From positions 1 through 53,971 of IMG/VR virus record IMGVR_UViG_3300032292_000484: 53,971 nucleotides of DNA; one strand, written 5' to 3'. The translations under genes and the position numbers were made by a program. Source of the stretch: a virus. Lineage: Duplodnaviria; Caudoviricetes. Below, piece after piece: positions 1-9,067 of this stretch. Every line of letters starts with the position of its first letter. Within the stretch, counting starts at the first letter, position 1. A model generated the notes under the pieces. It was not told the origin of the DNA. It saw only the letters and a list, made by a program, of their open reading frames with translations, and ran no database searches.

Positions 1-1
1 A

Positions 2-1612
2 TCTGCAGCAGCCTCAGATGCAACCAGCAAGGTAGCAGCAGAAGCAGCTCTTAGAGTCTCAGGAGATGCAGCTTCAGTTTCAACAGCAGCAGCTGACGCA
101 ACATCTAAGGTATCTGCAGAAGCAGCTCTAAGAGTTTCTGGTGATGCAGCCTCCGTAGCAACCGCAGCCTCAGACGCAACTTCAAAGGCTAACGCTGCAC
201 AGGCAGCAGCTATCTCAGCAGCAGCTACAGCACTTACAAATCACGAAGCAGACACCACAAATGTTCACGGCATTGCAGACACTTCTCTTCTGGCAACTAC
301 TGCAAATGTAGCAACAGCTAAAACAGAAGCAATTGCTGCAGCAGCATCAGCAAGTACATCAGCAATCTCAGCAGCAATTGCAACAGAGGTTACAGATCGT
401 AATGCAGCAATTACTACTGCAGTTAATTCAGTTGTAGATGGCGCACCAGCACTTCTTAATACATTAAATGAATTAGCAGCAGCAATTAATGACGATGCTA
501 ATTACACAACAACTATTACAACAGCTTTAGGCACAAAGGCACCACTTGCTTCACCAGCATTGACTGGCGTACCTACAGCCCCAACAGCAGCAGCAGACAC
601 AAGTACAACTCAGATTGCTACAACAGCATTCGCTAAGGCAGAAGCAGACGCTGCACAATCAGCAGCAGAAGCAACTGCATCAGCAGACGCTACTTCAAAG
701 GCAAACGCTGCACAATCTGCAGCCACAACCGCAGCAGCAACTGATGCTACTTCAAAGGCTAACGCAGCTCAAGCAGCAGCTATCTCAGCAGCAGCAACAG
801 ATGCAACAACTAAGGCCAACAATGCCAAGTCAGGTGCAGAAGCAACTGCAGCATCAGCGCTTTCTTCACATGAATCAGATACAACAAATATTCATGGAAT
901 TGCAGATACTTCACTTCTAGCAACTACAGCTAATGTATCAACAGCAGTTTCAACTGCAGCATCAGATGCAACATCAAAGGCTAATGCTGCACAAGCAGCT
1001 GCAATTGCATATGCAGATGCACTTACAACATCTGATGTAGCAGAAGGATCAAGCCTTTACCATACAACAGCTCGTGCTAAGTCAGCAGCAGCAGATCTTT
1101 TGACTGGTGCAACACTTACAAATATCACAATTACTGGTTCAGGTTCAGGTCTTGTTATTACCGCAGAAAACGGTGTAGCAGACTCTACAACAACTAACCT
1201 TGCAGAAGGTACAAATCTTTACTTCACAAATGCTCGTGCAGTAACTGCTCTTGAAGCAGTTGTTCCAAACTTTACAGAAGTAGACATTAACGCTCTTGCA
1301 ACTCAGGTAGCTGCAACAATTTCTGTACCAACAGCAAGTGCTTCAAACGTAGCATACGCTTTTGCTAAGGCAGATTATCGTTCAGCAGAGTTCTTGGTTA
1401 AGACTGCTTATGGAGTTCATACAGAAATATCAAAGGTTCTTTTGACACTTGATACAGCTGACAATATTGCAATAACAGAGTACGGAACAATTGGAACAAA
1501 TGGTTCAGCAATGACTATATCAGCAGGCGTCAGCGGATCAAATGTACAACTTCTAGTAACTACTGCTAATAATTCCTCAACAGTCACTGTTGTCGGAACA
1601 CTACTAAAGTAA
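2..1612 (+). CDS. Ala/Thr-rich trimeric fibre / virion structural protein (5'-truncated by window edge)
   Basis: Frame is open from base 2 (SAAASDATSK...) through the track's TTG at 560, so the true start lies upstream of the window. Motifs: ASDATSKANAAQ coiled-coil repeats, HxxDTTxxHGIADT x2, APALLNTLNELAAAIND and KAPLASPALTGxPTAPT tail-fibre motifs, and a C-terminal beta-rich 'AKADYRSAEFLV...ITEYG' domain. Confidence 0.75.
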   Translation, partial: SAAASDATSKVAAEAALRVSGDAASVSTAAADATSKVSAEAALRVSGDAASVATAASDATSKANAAQAAAISAAATALTNHEADTTNVHGIADTSLLATTANVATAKTEAIAAAASASTSAISAAIATEVTDRNAAITTAVNSVVDGAPALLNTLNELAAAINDDANYTTTITTALGTKAPLASPALTGVPTAPTAAADTSTTQIATTAFAKAEADAAQSAAEATASADATSKANAAQSAATTAAATDATSKANAAQAAAISAAATDATTKANNAKSGAEATAASALSSHESDTTNIHGIADTSLLATTANVSTAVSTAASDATSKANAAQAAAIAYADALTTSDVAEGSSLYHTTARAKSAAADLLTGATLTNITITGSGSGLVITAENGVADSTTTNLAEGTNLYFTNARAVTALEAVVPNFTEVDINALATQVAATISVPTASASNVAYAFAKADYRSAEFLVKTAYGVHTEISKVLLTLDTADNIAITEYGTIGTNGSAMTISAGVSGSNVQLLVTTANNSSTVTVVGTLLK

Positions 1613-1632
1613 TCTAACAAAGGAGAAGCCAA

Positions 1633-2085
1633 GTGTCAACGGTTAATAAAGATTTTAAAGTAAAGAATGGCATAATCGTTGGCCTTGGTGGATCTTTTGG
1701 CGGTGCAGTAACAGTAGGAACACCTACTATTGCAACACATGCAGCAACTAAGGCATATGTAGATGCTGCAACAGGATCTATGGCGGTATCATCAACACCA
1801 CCAGCAAGTCCAACAAGCGGACAGCTATACTATGACACTGTTTATAACAGAGTACATGTTTATTACAATGGTCAGTGGGCTGCTTTAGCAAATATGGCAG
1901 ATGCAGAATTATTACAAGAGCATATTCACGATACATCTATTGATGGAAACGGAATGCTTGCAAGTATATTCATTGAGGGTGGATCATATGACACAGTGGG
2001 AGCATTAATAGAAACTGGTGCATACAATACTACTGTATTCACAGAAACGTGGGATGGCGGAAGTTCAATTGATAACTTCAATTAA
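1633..2085 (+). CDS. small fibre-associated structural protein
   Basis: AAGGAG RBS before GTG. Contains KDFKVKNG, HAATKAYVD (trimer neck-like motif) and P..P..GQLYYDT...VYYNGQW, all typical of phage fibre modules. Confidence 0.6.
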   Translation: MSTVNKDFKVKNGIIVGLGGSFGGAVTVGTPTIATHAATKAYVDAATGSMAVSSTPPASPTSGQLYYDTVYNRVHVYYNGQWAALANMADAELLQEHIHDTSIDGNGMLASIFIEGGSYDTVGALIETGAYNTTVFTETWDGGSSIDNFN

Positions 2086-2089
2086 AATC

Positions 2090-2098
2090 TGTTATAAT
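2090..2098 (+). promoter_or_regulatory. extended -10 promoter TGTTATAAT
   Basis: Consensus TGnTATAAT in the intergenic gap, followed by GGAGGAG RBS and ATG 2129. Confidence 0.7.
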
Positions 2099-2128
2099 AT
2101 TACTACTGATACCTGGAGGAGCAAGTAA

Positions 2129-4765
2129 ATGGCAACAAGAATGCAACAGCGTAGAGGCACTGCAGCGCAGTGGATCTCTACAAATAGCGGAAATGGTCCA
2201 ATCCTAGCAATAGGTGAAATTGGCTATGAGTCAGACACAAATAAATTTAAAATTGGTGATGGAGTAAACCACTGGTTAAACCTACCATACTTCGTTGACC
2301 TTGCTACAACTATTGCTGGAGCACCAGGACTCCTTAACTCTCTTGATGAACTGGCAGCAGCCATTGGCGATGATCCAGCTTTCTTTACAACAGTTGCCAC
2401 AAACCTTTCTAACCACCAAGCAGATACAACAGCCATTCATGGTATTGCGGATACTTCACTTTTAGTTACAACAACAGGTACACAAACACTAACCAACAAG
2501 ACTATTACTTCTCCAGTAGGATTAGTAAAGGCAGATGTTGGTCTTGGATCTGTAGACAACACTTCAGATACTAACAAGCCAGTGTCAACTGCTCAGGCTA
2601 CAGCAATAGCAACTGCTAAGTCAGAGGCTATTACAGCAGCAGGAACTGATGCTACCACAAAGGCCACAGCAGCCAGAGATGCAGCAATTACATCAGCAAC
2701 AAATTATACAGATGCTGCTGTAGCAAGTATTATTGACACAGCACCTGCAGCACTTAATACTCTTAATGAGCTAGCAGCAGCAATTAATGATGATGCATCA
2801 TATGCAGCAACAATGACTGCTTCTCTTGCAACAAAGGCAAGTACATCTTATGTTGATGCACAAATTACAAGCACATTAAACACTGCTGGAGGAAATTTAT
2901 CAACTCACGCATCAGATACAACAGGTATCCATGGTATTGAAGATACTGCACAGCTTGCAACACAATCACTTGTTTCTACATCAATTGCAACAGCAATATC
3001 ACCACTTGCTACAACAGCAGCAACTGCTTCAGCAATTAGCGCAGCAGTTACAACACACTCTGATGATACAACATCAGTACACGGAATTGCAGACACAGCA
3101 GCACTTGCTACAACAGCAGCAACTGCTTCAGCAATTAGCTCAGCAGTTTCAACACATAATTCAGATACAACAGATGTCCACGGTATTGCAAATACTGCAC
3201 TACTAGCTACAACTACTTATGTTGATGCTCAAGACAACATAGTTAGAACTGATGCAGCAACAGCTGCAGCAGCACTATTAACTGGAGCTACAAAGACTAA
3301 TATTACTATTACAGGCAACAAGGATGGCTTAGTAATAACTGCCGAAAACGGCGTATCTGATTCAACAACAGACAACCTTACAGAAGGATCAAACAACAAG
3401 TACTTTACAGATGAAAGAGCACAGGATGCTATTGGAAATGCTGTAGGTACAGGATTGTCATACAACGATGCAACTGGAGAAATTTCTGTAAATACAACAG
3501 CAATTCAGGCTAAGGTAGCAAACGTTGATGATACAGAAATTGGTTACTTAAATGGCGTAACATCATCAATTCAAACACAGATTGATACTAAGGCAGCACT
3601 AGTTTCACCAACATTTACTGGTACAGTATCAGGAATTACAAAGGCTATGGTTGGACTTGGATCTGTTGATAACACAGCAGATACAGCTAAGCCAGTATCT
3701 ACAGCAACTCAGACAGCTTTAGATTTAAAGGCACCAATTGCTAGCCCAACATTTACTGGTACAGTTTCTGGTATAACAAAGTCTATGGTTGGGCTAGGGT
3801 CTGTTGATAATACAGCTGATTCAGCTAAGCCAGTCTCAACAGCAACCCAGACAGCTCTAGATCTAAAAGCACCACTAGCGTCACCAGCACTTACAGGAAC
3901 TCCTACAGCTCCTACAGCAGCAGCTGGTACAAATACCACACAGGTTGCAACTACAGCATTCGTAGGAACAGCTGTTTCAAATCTTGTAGCATCAGCACCA
4001 GCAGCACTTGACACTCTTAACGAGTTAGCAACTGCTCTTGGAAATGACGCATCATTCTCAACAACAATTACAAATGCACTTGCAGCTAAGGCTCCACTTG
4101 CTTCACCAACATTCACTGGTACTGTGTCTGGTATAACAAAGTCAATGGTTGGTCTAGGTTCAGTTGACAACACAGCAGATACAGCAAAGCCAATATCAAC
4201 TGCTACACAAACAGCACTTGATCTTAAGCTCGCTTCAGCAACTGCAGCATCAACTTATGCCCCACTTGCTTCACCAACATTTACAGGTACAGCAACAATT
4301 CCTACACTAACACTTACAAACCCACTTACAGCTGCTAACGGCGGTACTGGACTATCAAGTCTTGGAACTGGAGTAGCAACATTCCTTGCAACTCCAACAT
4401 CTGCTAACTTTGCAGCAATGATTACAAATGAAGATGGATCTGGTAACGTTGTTCTTTCAGAAATTGCTACTAGTGCACAGACAGCATCATACACTCTAGT
4501 TTTGGCTGACAGAGGAAAGTTAGTTGAAATGAATGTTGGTTCTGCAAACACACTTACAGTACCACTAAACTCATCAGTCGCATACCCAGTAGGAACTCAG
4601 ATTGATATACTACAGGTTGGTTCAGGACAAACAACAGTAGCAGCTACTGCAGGAGTAACAGTTAATGCTACTCCAGGACTTAAGATTAGAGCACAATGGG
4701 GTGGAGCAACACTTATCAAGCGTGCTGAAAATACTTGGGTATTAATCGGAGACTTAACAGCTTAG
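2129..4765 (+). CDS. long fibre protein with Mtd_N-like N-terminal domain
   Basis: N-term MQQRRGTAAQW...PILAIGEIGYESDTNKFKIGDG..W..LPY (major tropism determinant N-terminal-like). HxxDTTxxHGI x4, VGLGSVDNTxD.KPVS repeats, APAALDTLNELA motif, C-terminal 'SYTLVLADRGKLV...PVGTQI...WVLIGDL' domain. Confidence 0.8.
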   Translation: MATRMQQRRGTAAQWISTNSGNGPILAIGEIGYESDTNKFKIGDGVNHWLNLPYFVDLATTIAGAPGLLNSLDELAAAIGDDPAFFTTVATNLSNHQADTTAIHGIADTSLLVTTTGTQTLTNKTITSPVGLVKADVGLGSVDNTSDTNKPVSTAQATAIATAKSEAITAAGTDATTKATAARDAAITSATNYTDAAVASIIDTAPAALNTLNELAAAINDDASYAATMTASLATKASTSYVDAQITSTLNTAGGNLSTHASDTTGIHGIEDTAQLATQSLVSTSIATAISPLATTAATASAISAAVTTHSDDTTSVHGIADTAALATTAATASAISSAVSTHNSDTTDVHGIANTALLATTTYVDAQDNIVRTDAATAAAALLTGATKTNITITGNKDGLVITAENGVSDSTTDNLTEGSNNKYFTDERAQDAIGNAVGTGLSYNDATGEISVNTTAIQAKVANVDDTEIGYLNGVTSSIQTQIDTKAALVSPTFTGTVSGITKAMVGLGSVDNTADTAKPVSTATQTALDLKAPIASPTFTGTVSGITKSMVGLGSVDNTADSAKPVSTATQTALDLKAPLASPALTGTPTAPTAAAGTNTTQVATTAFVGTAVSNLVASAPAALDTLNELATALGNDASFSTTITNALAAKAPLASPTFTGTVSGITKSMVGLGSVDNTADTAKPISTATQTALDLKLASATAASTYAPLASPTFTGTATIPTLTLTNPLTAANGGTGLSSLGTGVATFLATPTSANFAAMITNEDGSGNVVLSEIATSAQTASYTLVLADRGKLVEMNVGSANTLTVPLNSSVAYPVGTQIDILQVGSGQTTVAATAGVTVNATPGLKIRAQWGGATLIKRAENTWVLIGDLTA
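3605..4228 (+). repeat. 46-aa (138-bp) internal repeats of fibre shaft
   Basis: SPTFTGTVSGITK(A/S)MVGLGSVDNTAD(T/S)AKP(V/I)STATQTALDLK starts at about 3605, 3743 and 4103; copies differ mainly at synonymous sites. Confidence 0.85.
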
Positions 4766-4807
4766 TACTTATAAAAAAATAGAGTACTAACTCTATACTA
4801 AAGATTT

Positions 4808-4838
4808 ACACGCTCTTTATGAGCGTGTTTTTCTTTTT
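4808..4838 (+). terminator. intrinsic terminator after fibre cluster
   Basis: ACACGCTC-TTTAT-GAGCGTGT stem followed by TTTTCTTTTT; preceded by a second hairpin ATAGAGT-ACTA-ACTCTAT (4779-4796). Confidence 0.8.
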
Positions 4839-4844
4839 AAAGTA

Positions 4845-4853
4845 TGTTATACT
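4845..4853 (+). promoter_or_regulatory. extended -10 promoter TGTTATACT for RNR
   Basis: Matches the recurrent TGnTATAMT motif; lies immediately after the terminator. Confidence 0.65.
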
Positions 4854-4914
4854 TAGGTACTGCTTTAGAAAACATAAAGCACTCCGTTAATTTTACTTTG
4901 AAAGGTACATAAAA

Positions 4915-6948
4915 ATGTTAGAGAGCGTATTTTCATTTCGTTTATCAGAAGATTTTGTAAATAAATATCAATTTACTCCAGCCCCATTTGGATTTTCAGA
5001 TGCAGGGTCAAACTCATTAGGAGAAATAACGTTTATTCGTACATATTCTCGTGTTAAAGAAGACGGAACAAAAGAACGATGGCATGAGGTTTGTCGTCGT
5101 GTAATTGAGGGTATGTATTCAGTTCAAAAAAATCATGCTAAAGATAATCGTTTACCATGGAATGATAACAAAGCACAGAAGTCTGCACAGGAAGCCTTTC
5201 AAAGAATGTTTGAATTAAAGTGGACTCCCCCAGGTCGTGGTCTTTGGGCATTTGGTACACCAATGACTATGGAGAAGCGTAACTCTTCATCCCTACAAAA
5301 TTGTGCAATGGTTTCAACTAGAGACCTTGATCGCAATGATCCTGGTGCATTATTTGCTTGGGTAATGGATGCATTAATGCTGGGTATTGGAGTTGGATTT
5401 GATACCCTTGGACAAGACAAAAAAATGTCAATCTATGCACCTACAGAGCCAGAGTCAACCTATGAAATTCCTGATACTCGTGAAGGATGGGTTGAATCAG
5501 TTCGTATGTTGATAAATTCGTTCCTACGCCAGAATCAATCAATTCAGCTTTTCAACTATGACCTAATCCGTCCTCTAGGTGCCCCTATTAAGGGCTTTGG
5601 AGGCGTTGCAAGCGGTCCAGCACCACTTATTGATCTCCATACACGCATTCGCAATGTAATTGGTTCTAGAGCAGGAGAGTTCTTAGACAGCCGTGCTATT
5701 GTTGATATTATTAATCTTATTGGTACCTGTGTGGTATCAGGAAATGTTCGTCGTTCTGCTACTCTTGCACTTGGTACTGCAGAAGATGATGGATTTATTA
5801 ATCTTAAAAATCCAGAAGTATTTCCAGAGCGCAACTCATACGATCCAGAAAAGCCAGGTTGGGCATGGATGTCAAACAACTCTATCTCAGCAACAGTTGG
5901 AACAAAATATGAAGACTATGTAGATTTAATTGCAGATAACGGAGAGCCAGGTTTTATCTGGCTTGATGTTGCCCGTGATTATGGCCGTCTTGCGGATGCT
6001 CCTGATTATAAGGACAGTCGCATTATGGGCTTCAACCCTTGTGCGGAGCAGCCATTGGAATCATACGAACTTTGTACACTTGTAGAAGTGCACTTAAATC
6101 GTCATGAATCCAAGGAGGACTTCCTCAAGACGTTGAAGTTTGCGTACCTTTATGGAAAGACTGTAACACTTCTTCCAACACATTGGCCACAAACAAACGG
6201 CATCATGCAACGTAACCGTCGTATTGGAACGTCATTAACAGGTATTGCATCATTTGCAGACACATACGGTCTTCCAACAACTCGTGAATGGATGGACGAA
6301 GGATACAAGAAGATTCGTCACTATGATCATAAATACTCAGAGTGGCTATGTGTTCGTGAGTCAGTTCGTGTAACAACAGTTAAGCCATCAGGATCTGTTT
6401 CACTTCTTTCTGGTGCAACACCTGGAGTTCACTGGGGACCAGGTGGAGAATTCTACCTACGTGCAATCCGCTTTGGAAATACTGATCCAATGCTTCATCT
6501 TTTCAAAGCTGCAGGGTACAAGATTGAAGCAGATCTAGTATCAGCAAATACCTCAGTGGTATACTTCCCAGTTGCTTCAGGACACAAGCGTGCAGAAAAA
6601 CAAGTAAGTCTATTTGAGAAGATTGGTCTAGCAGCAACAGCCCAGAAGTATTGGTCAGATAATGGTGTTTCTGTAACACTTTCATTTGACAAAGACACTG
6701 AAAAGAAGTTTGTTGCTCCAGCATTAAATATGTACGAAGGACAGTTAAAGGCTGTATCCTTCTTGCCAATGGGAGATAAAGTTTATCCACAGCAACCATA
6801 TAGCGAAATCTCAAGAGAAGAATATAACGCATATGTAGGCACAATTGGTAAGATTGACTGGTCTGCTATTTATGATGGCGTAGAAAATCTTGAGGCTGAA
6901 GGAGAGCAGTATTGCTCAACAGATGCCTGTGAGATTAAACTCTATTAA
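4915..6948 (+). CDS. nrdJ: class II (adenosylcobalamin-dependent) monomeric ribonucleoside-triphosphate reductase
   Basis: RTYSR, PPGRGLW, LQNC, VVSGNVRRSA, GEPG, NPCAEQ (catalytic Asn/Cys/Glu), RRIG, TTVKPSGSVS and C-terminal CSTDAC redox pair; no R2 subunit gene nearby. Confidence 0.93.
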   Translation: MLESVFSFRLSEDFVNKYQFTPAPFGFSDAGSNSLGEITFIRTYSRVKEDGTKERWHEVCRRVIEGMYSVQKNHAKDNRLPWNDNKAQKSAQEAFQRMFELKWTPPGRGLWAFGTPMTMEKRNSSSLQNCAMVSTRDLDRNDPGALFAWVMDALMLGIGVGFDTLGQDKKMSIYAPTEPESTYEIPDTREGWVESVRMLINSFLRQNQSIQLFNYDLIRPLGAPIKGFGGVASGPAPLIDLHTRIRNVIGSRAGEFLDSRAIVDIINLIGTCVVSGNVRRSATLALGTAEDDGFINLKNPEVFPERNSYDPEKPGWAWMSNNSISATVGTKYEDYVDLIADNGEPGFIWLDVARDYGRLADAPDYKDSRIMGFNPCAEQPLESYELCTLVEVHLNRHESKEDFLKTLKFAYLYGKTVTLLPTHWPQTNGIMQRNRRIGTSLTGIASFADTYGLPTTREWMDEGYKKIRHYDHKYSEWLCVRESVRVTTVKPSGSVSLLSGATPGVHWGPGGEFYLRAIRFGNTDPMLHLFKAAGYKIEADLVSANTSVVYFPVASGHKRAEKQVSLFEKIGLAATAQKYWSDNGVSVTLSFDKDTEKKFVAPALNMYEGQLKAVSFLPMGDKVYPQQPYSEISREEYNAYVGTIGKIDWSAIYDGVENLEAEGEQYCSTDACEIKLY

Positions 6949-6979
6949 TGGTAACTGGCTGTTCACTTTAACAGTGTTA

Positions 6980-6988
6980 TGGTATACT
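6980..6988 (+). promoter_or_regulatory. extended -10 promoter TGGTATACT (probably leaderless transcript)
   Basis: 7-nt gap to ATG 6996, no SD sequence. Confidence 0.6.
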
Positions 6989-6995
6989 TATGGTT

Positions 6996-7403
6996 ATGAG
7001 TAATGTAAATAATCCATTAATTAATCAAAAGACTGGTTTGCCTATTGTGGGAAATGTCCGTAAAAAGGTCATTGAAAAGAACTATGATTGGGGACTTTAT
7101 GTATACAAGAAGTCTACTGGAAAGTGGTTTACTGACGGCAGTGGCAATGTTCTAAATATTGAATCAATGCGTAACGATTTTACTAAAATTGCGGAACTTA
7201 AAAGTGCAGCAAAGCACTATGGTGATCCAGGAGATGGTGAAGCAATATTTGTTCCTGGACTAACACGTATTTCTGATGAAGAGCATTCAGAACAGTTTGA
7301 CAGAATGTCTAGTGGTTTGATTCCTTCAATGAATGACCTTGGGGCATGGAAAGCAGCACAGGATACATTAAACGTTGCTGGAAGAGAGGCTTTTGATGAA
7401 TGA
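6996..7403 (+). CDS. hypothetical protein preceding portal
   Basis: Clean ORF overlapping the portal start; start chosen from promoter spacing (track gives 6990). Confidence 0.6.
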   Translation: MSNVNNPLINQKTGLPIVGNVRKKVIEKNYDWGLYVYKKSTGKWFTDGSGNVLNIESMRNDFTKIAELKSAAKHYGDPGDGEAIFVPGLTRISDEEHSEQFDRMSSGLIPSMNDLGAWKAAQDTLNVAGREAFDE

Positions 7404-9027
7404 AGATGTTGATTACACATACATTTCTGCAAGTTTAAATACTCAGGAAGAACGGGAAAACGTTTTTAAGGAGCAAGATCCATTTAATAAGTCTTGGGAT
7501 ACAATAAAAGAATTTTCTGGACTTGATCAAAACTTTCGTCGTAGAACAACAAGAAGTATTGGCAAAGCAGAGTATGCATATGGATCAACAGGTGTAGATA
7601 TAAATACAGAAGCGTATGCAGATTCTGCTAATTCTACTCCAACTGGTGTTGACGCTGGATCAAAAGCAATTAATCCTGGAACAGTATACCGAAATGGGTA
7701 TGGCCTATTTGATGTAATTACTCCTCCATTTAATCTGTATGAACTTGCAAATTTTTATGATACATCTTTTGCTAATCATGCTGCCATTGATGCCAAGGTT
7801 GCTAACATTGTTGGACTGGGATATTCTTTTGAAGTAACAGGTCGCACAATGTTGAGCTTTGAAGGCAAAGAACAAAGTGCTACAGATAAAGCAAGAAAGC
7901 GTATTGAAAGAATGAAATTTGAAATGCGTGATTGGCTTGAAGGCCTTAACGATGATGATTCATTTACAAAAACAATGGAAAAGGTATACACAGACCTTGA
8001 ATCAACTGGAAATGGTTTCATTGAAGTTGGTCGCACAGTAAACGGAGATATTGGTTACGTAGGACATATACCATCAACAACAATTCGTATCCGTCGCCTA
8101 CGTGATGGCTTTATGCAGATAATTGGTCAAAAGGTTGTTTACTTTAGAAATTTTGGTGCAACCAATGCAAACCCAGTAACATCAGATCCACGACCAAATG
8201 AAATTATTCACATCAAAGAGTACTCACCATTAAATACATACTATGGTATTCCTGATATTGTTGCAGCAATTCCATCCCTTCTTGGAGATCAACTTGCATC
8301 TCAATACAACATTGATTATTTTGAGAACAAGGCTGTTCCACGCTATGTTGTAACTCTAAAAGGAGCAAAGCTTTCTAACGAAGCAGAAGATAAGATGTTC
8401 CGATTCCTGCAAACAGGGTTAAAGGCACAATCACATAGAACTCTTTACATCCCACTCCCTGGGGATACAGACCAAAACAAGGTTGAGTTTAAGATGGAGC
8501 CAATTGAAAACGGTATACAAGATGGTTCCTTTAAAGAGTATCGTAAGCAAAATCGTGATGATATTCTTGTTGCTCACCAAGTGCCAATTTCAAAACTTGG
8601 CGGTACTGATTCAGCAGCAATTGCAGCCTCAATAGCACAAGACCGTACATTCAAAGAGCAGGTTTCACGTCCAGCTCAAGGACATTTAAATAAGGTTATA
8701 AGCAAAATAATTAAGGAAAAGACAGATATTCTGGAGTTAAAGTTTAATGAGCTTACACTTACAGATGAGATAACTCAATCACAAATTCTTGAGCGCTATG
8801 TTAAAACTCAAGTAATGATGCCTAACGAGGCACGTGAAGCAATTGGTTTGCCTCAACATCCAGATGGAGATACACCTTTTGTAATGTCACCAAGACAAGC
8901 AGCAGATTCAAACTCTAACCTTGCAGGTAACAGAGCAAGGGATACAGAACGAACAAATAGCCAATCCGATGGACCAGCAACAACAACTGGACGTAATCCA
9001 AAGGGTGAGGGTAGAGCGTCTCAATAA
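7396..9027 (+). CDS. portal protein
   Basis: HAAIDAKVANIVGLGY, D.ESTGNGFIEV.R, NEIIHIKEYSP..YYGIP, YFENKAVP, ILVAHQVP, MPNEAREAIGL are HK97/PBSX-type portal motifs; lies upstream of protease and capsid. Confidence 0.9.
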   Translation: MNEDVDYTYISASLNTQEERENVFKEQDPFNKSWDTIKEFSGLDQNFRRRTTRSIGKAEYAYGSTGVDINTEAYADSANSTPTGVDAGSKAINPGTVYRNGYGLFDVITPPFNLYELANFYDTSFANHAAIDAKVANIVGLGYSFEVTGRTMLSFEGKEQSATDKARKRIERMKFEMRDWLEGLNDDDSFTKTMEKVYTDLESTGNGFIEVGRTVNGDIGYVGHIPSTTIRIRRLRDGFMQIIGQKVVYFRNFGATNANPVTSDPRPNEIIHIKEYSPLNTYYGIPDIVAAIPSLLGDQLASQYNIDYFENKAVPRYVVTLKGAKLSNEAEDKMFRFLQTGLKAQSHRTLYIPLPGDTDQNKVEFKMEPIENGIQDGSFKEYRKQNRDDILVAHQVPISKLGGTDSAAIAASIAQDRTFKEQVSRPAQGHLNKVISKIIKEKTDILELKFNELTLTDEITQSQILERYVKTQVMMPNEAREAIGLPQHPDGDTPFVMSPRQAADSNSNLAGNRARDTERTNSQSDGPATTTGRNPKGEGRASQ

Positions 9028-9049
9028 CTGAGAAATGTTTGAAAAGGTT

Positions 9050-9058
9050 TGGTATAAT
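9050..9058 (+). promoter_or_regulatory. extended -10 promoter TGGTATAAT (near-leaderless)
   Basis: Consensus motif, 9-nt gap to ATG 9068, no SD. Confidence 0.65.
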
Positions 9059-9067
9059 AGAATCGTC

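Noticed and set aside
615-3206. Gln/Leu-rich alternative-frame ORFs (615-920, 2931-3206)
   Set aside because: Frame-shifted readings of GCA/ACA-rich codons.
2129-4765. Diversity-generating retroelement suggested by the Mtd_N-like domain
   Set aside because: No reverse transcriptase in the window and no TR/VR pair differing at adenines; the repeats differ at synonymous sites.
4766-4914. Cobalamin riboswitch or NrdR box upstream of nrdJ
   Set aside because: The leader is only about 55 nt after the promoter, and I see no B12-box or NrdR consensus.
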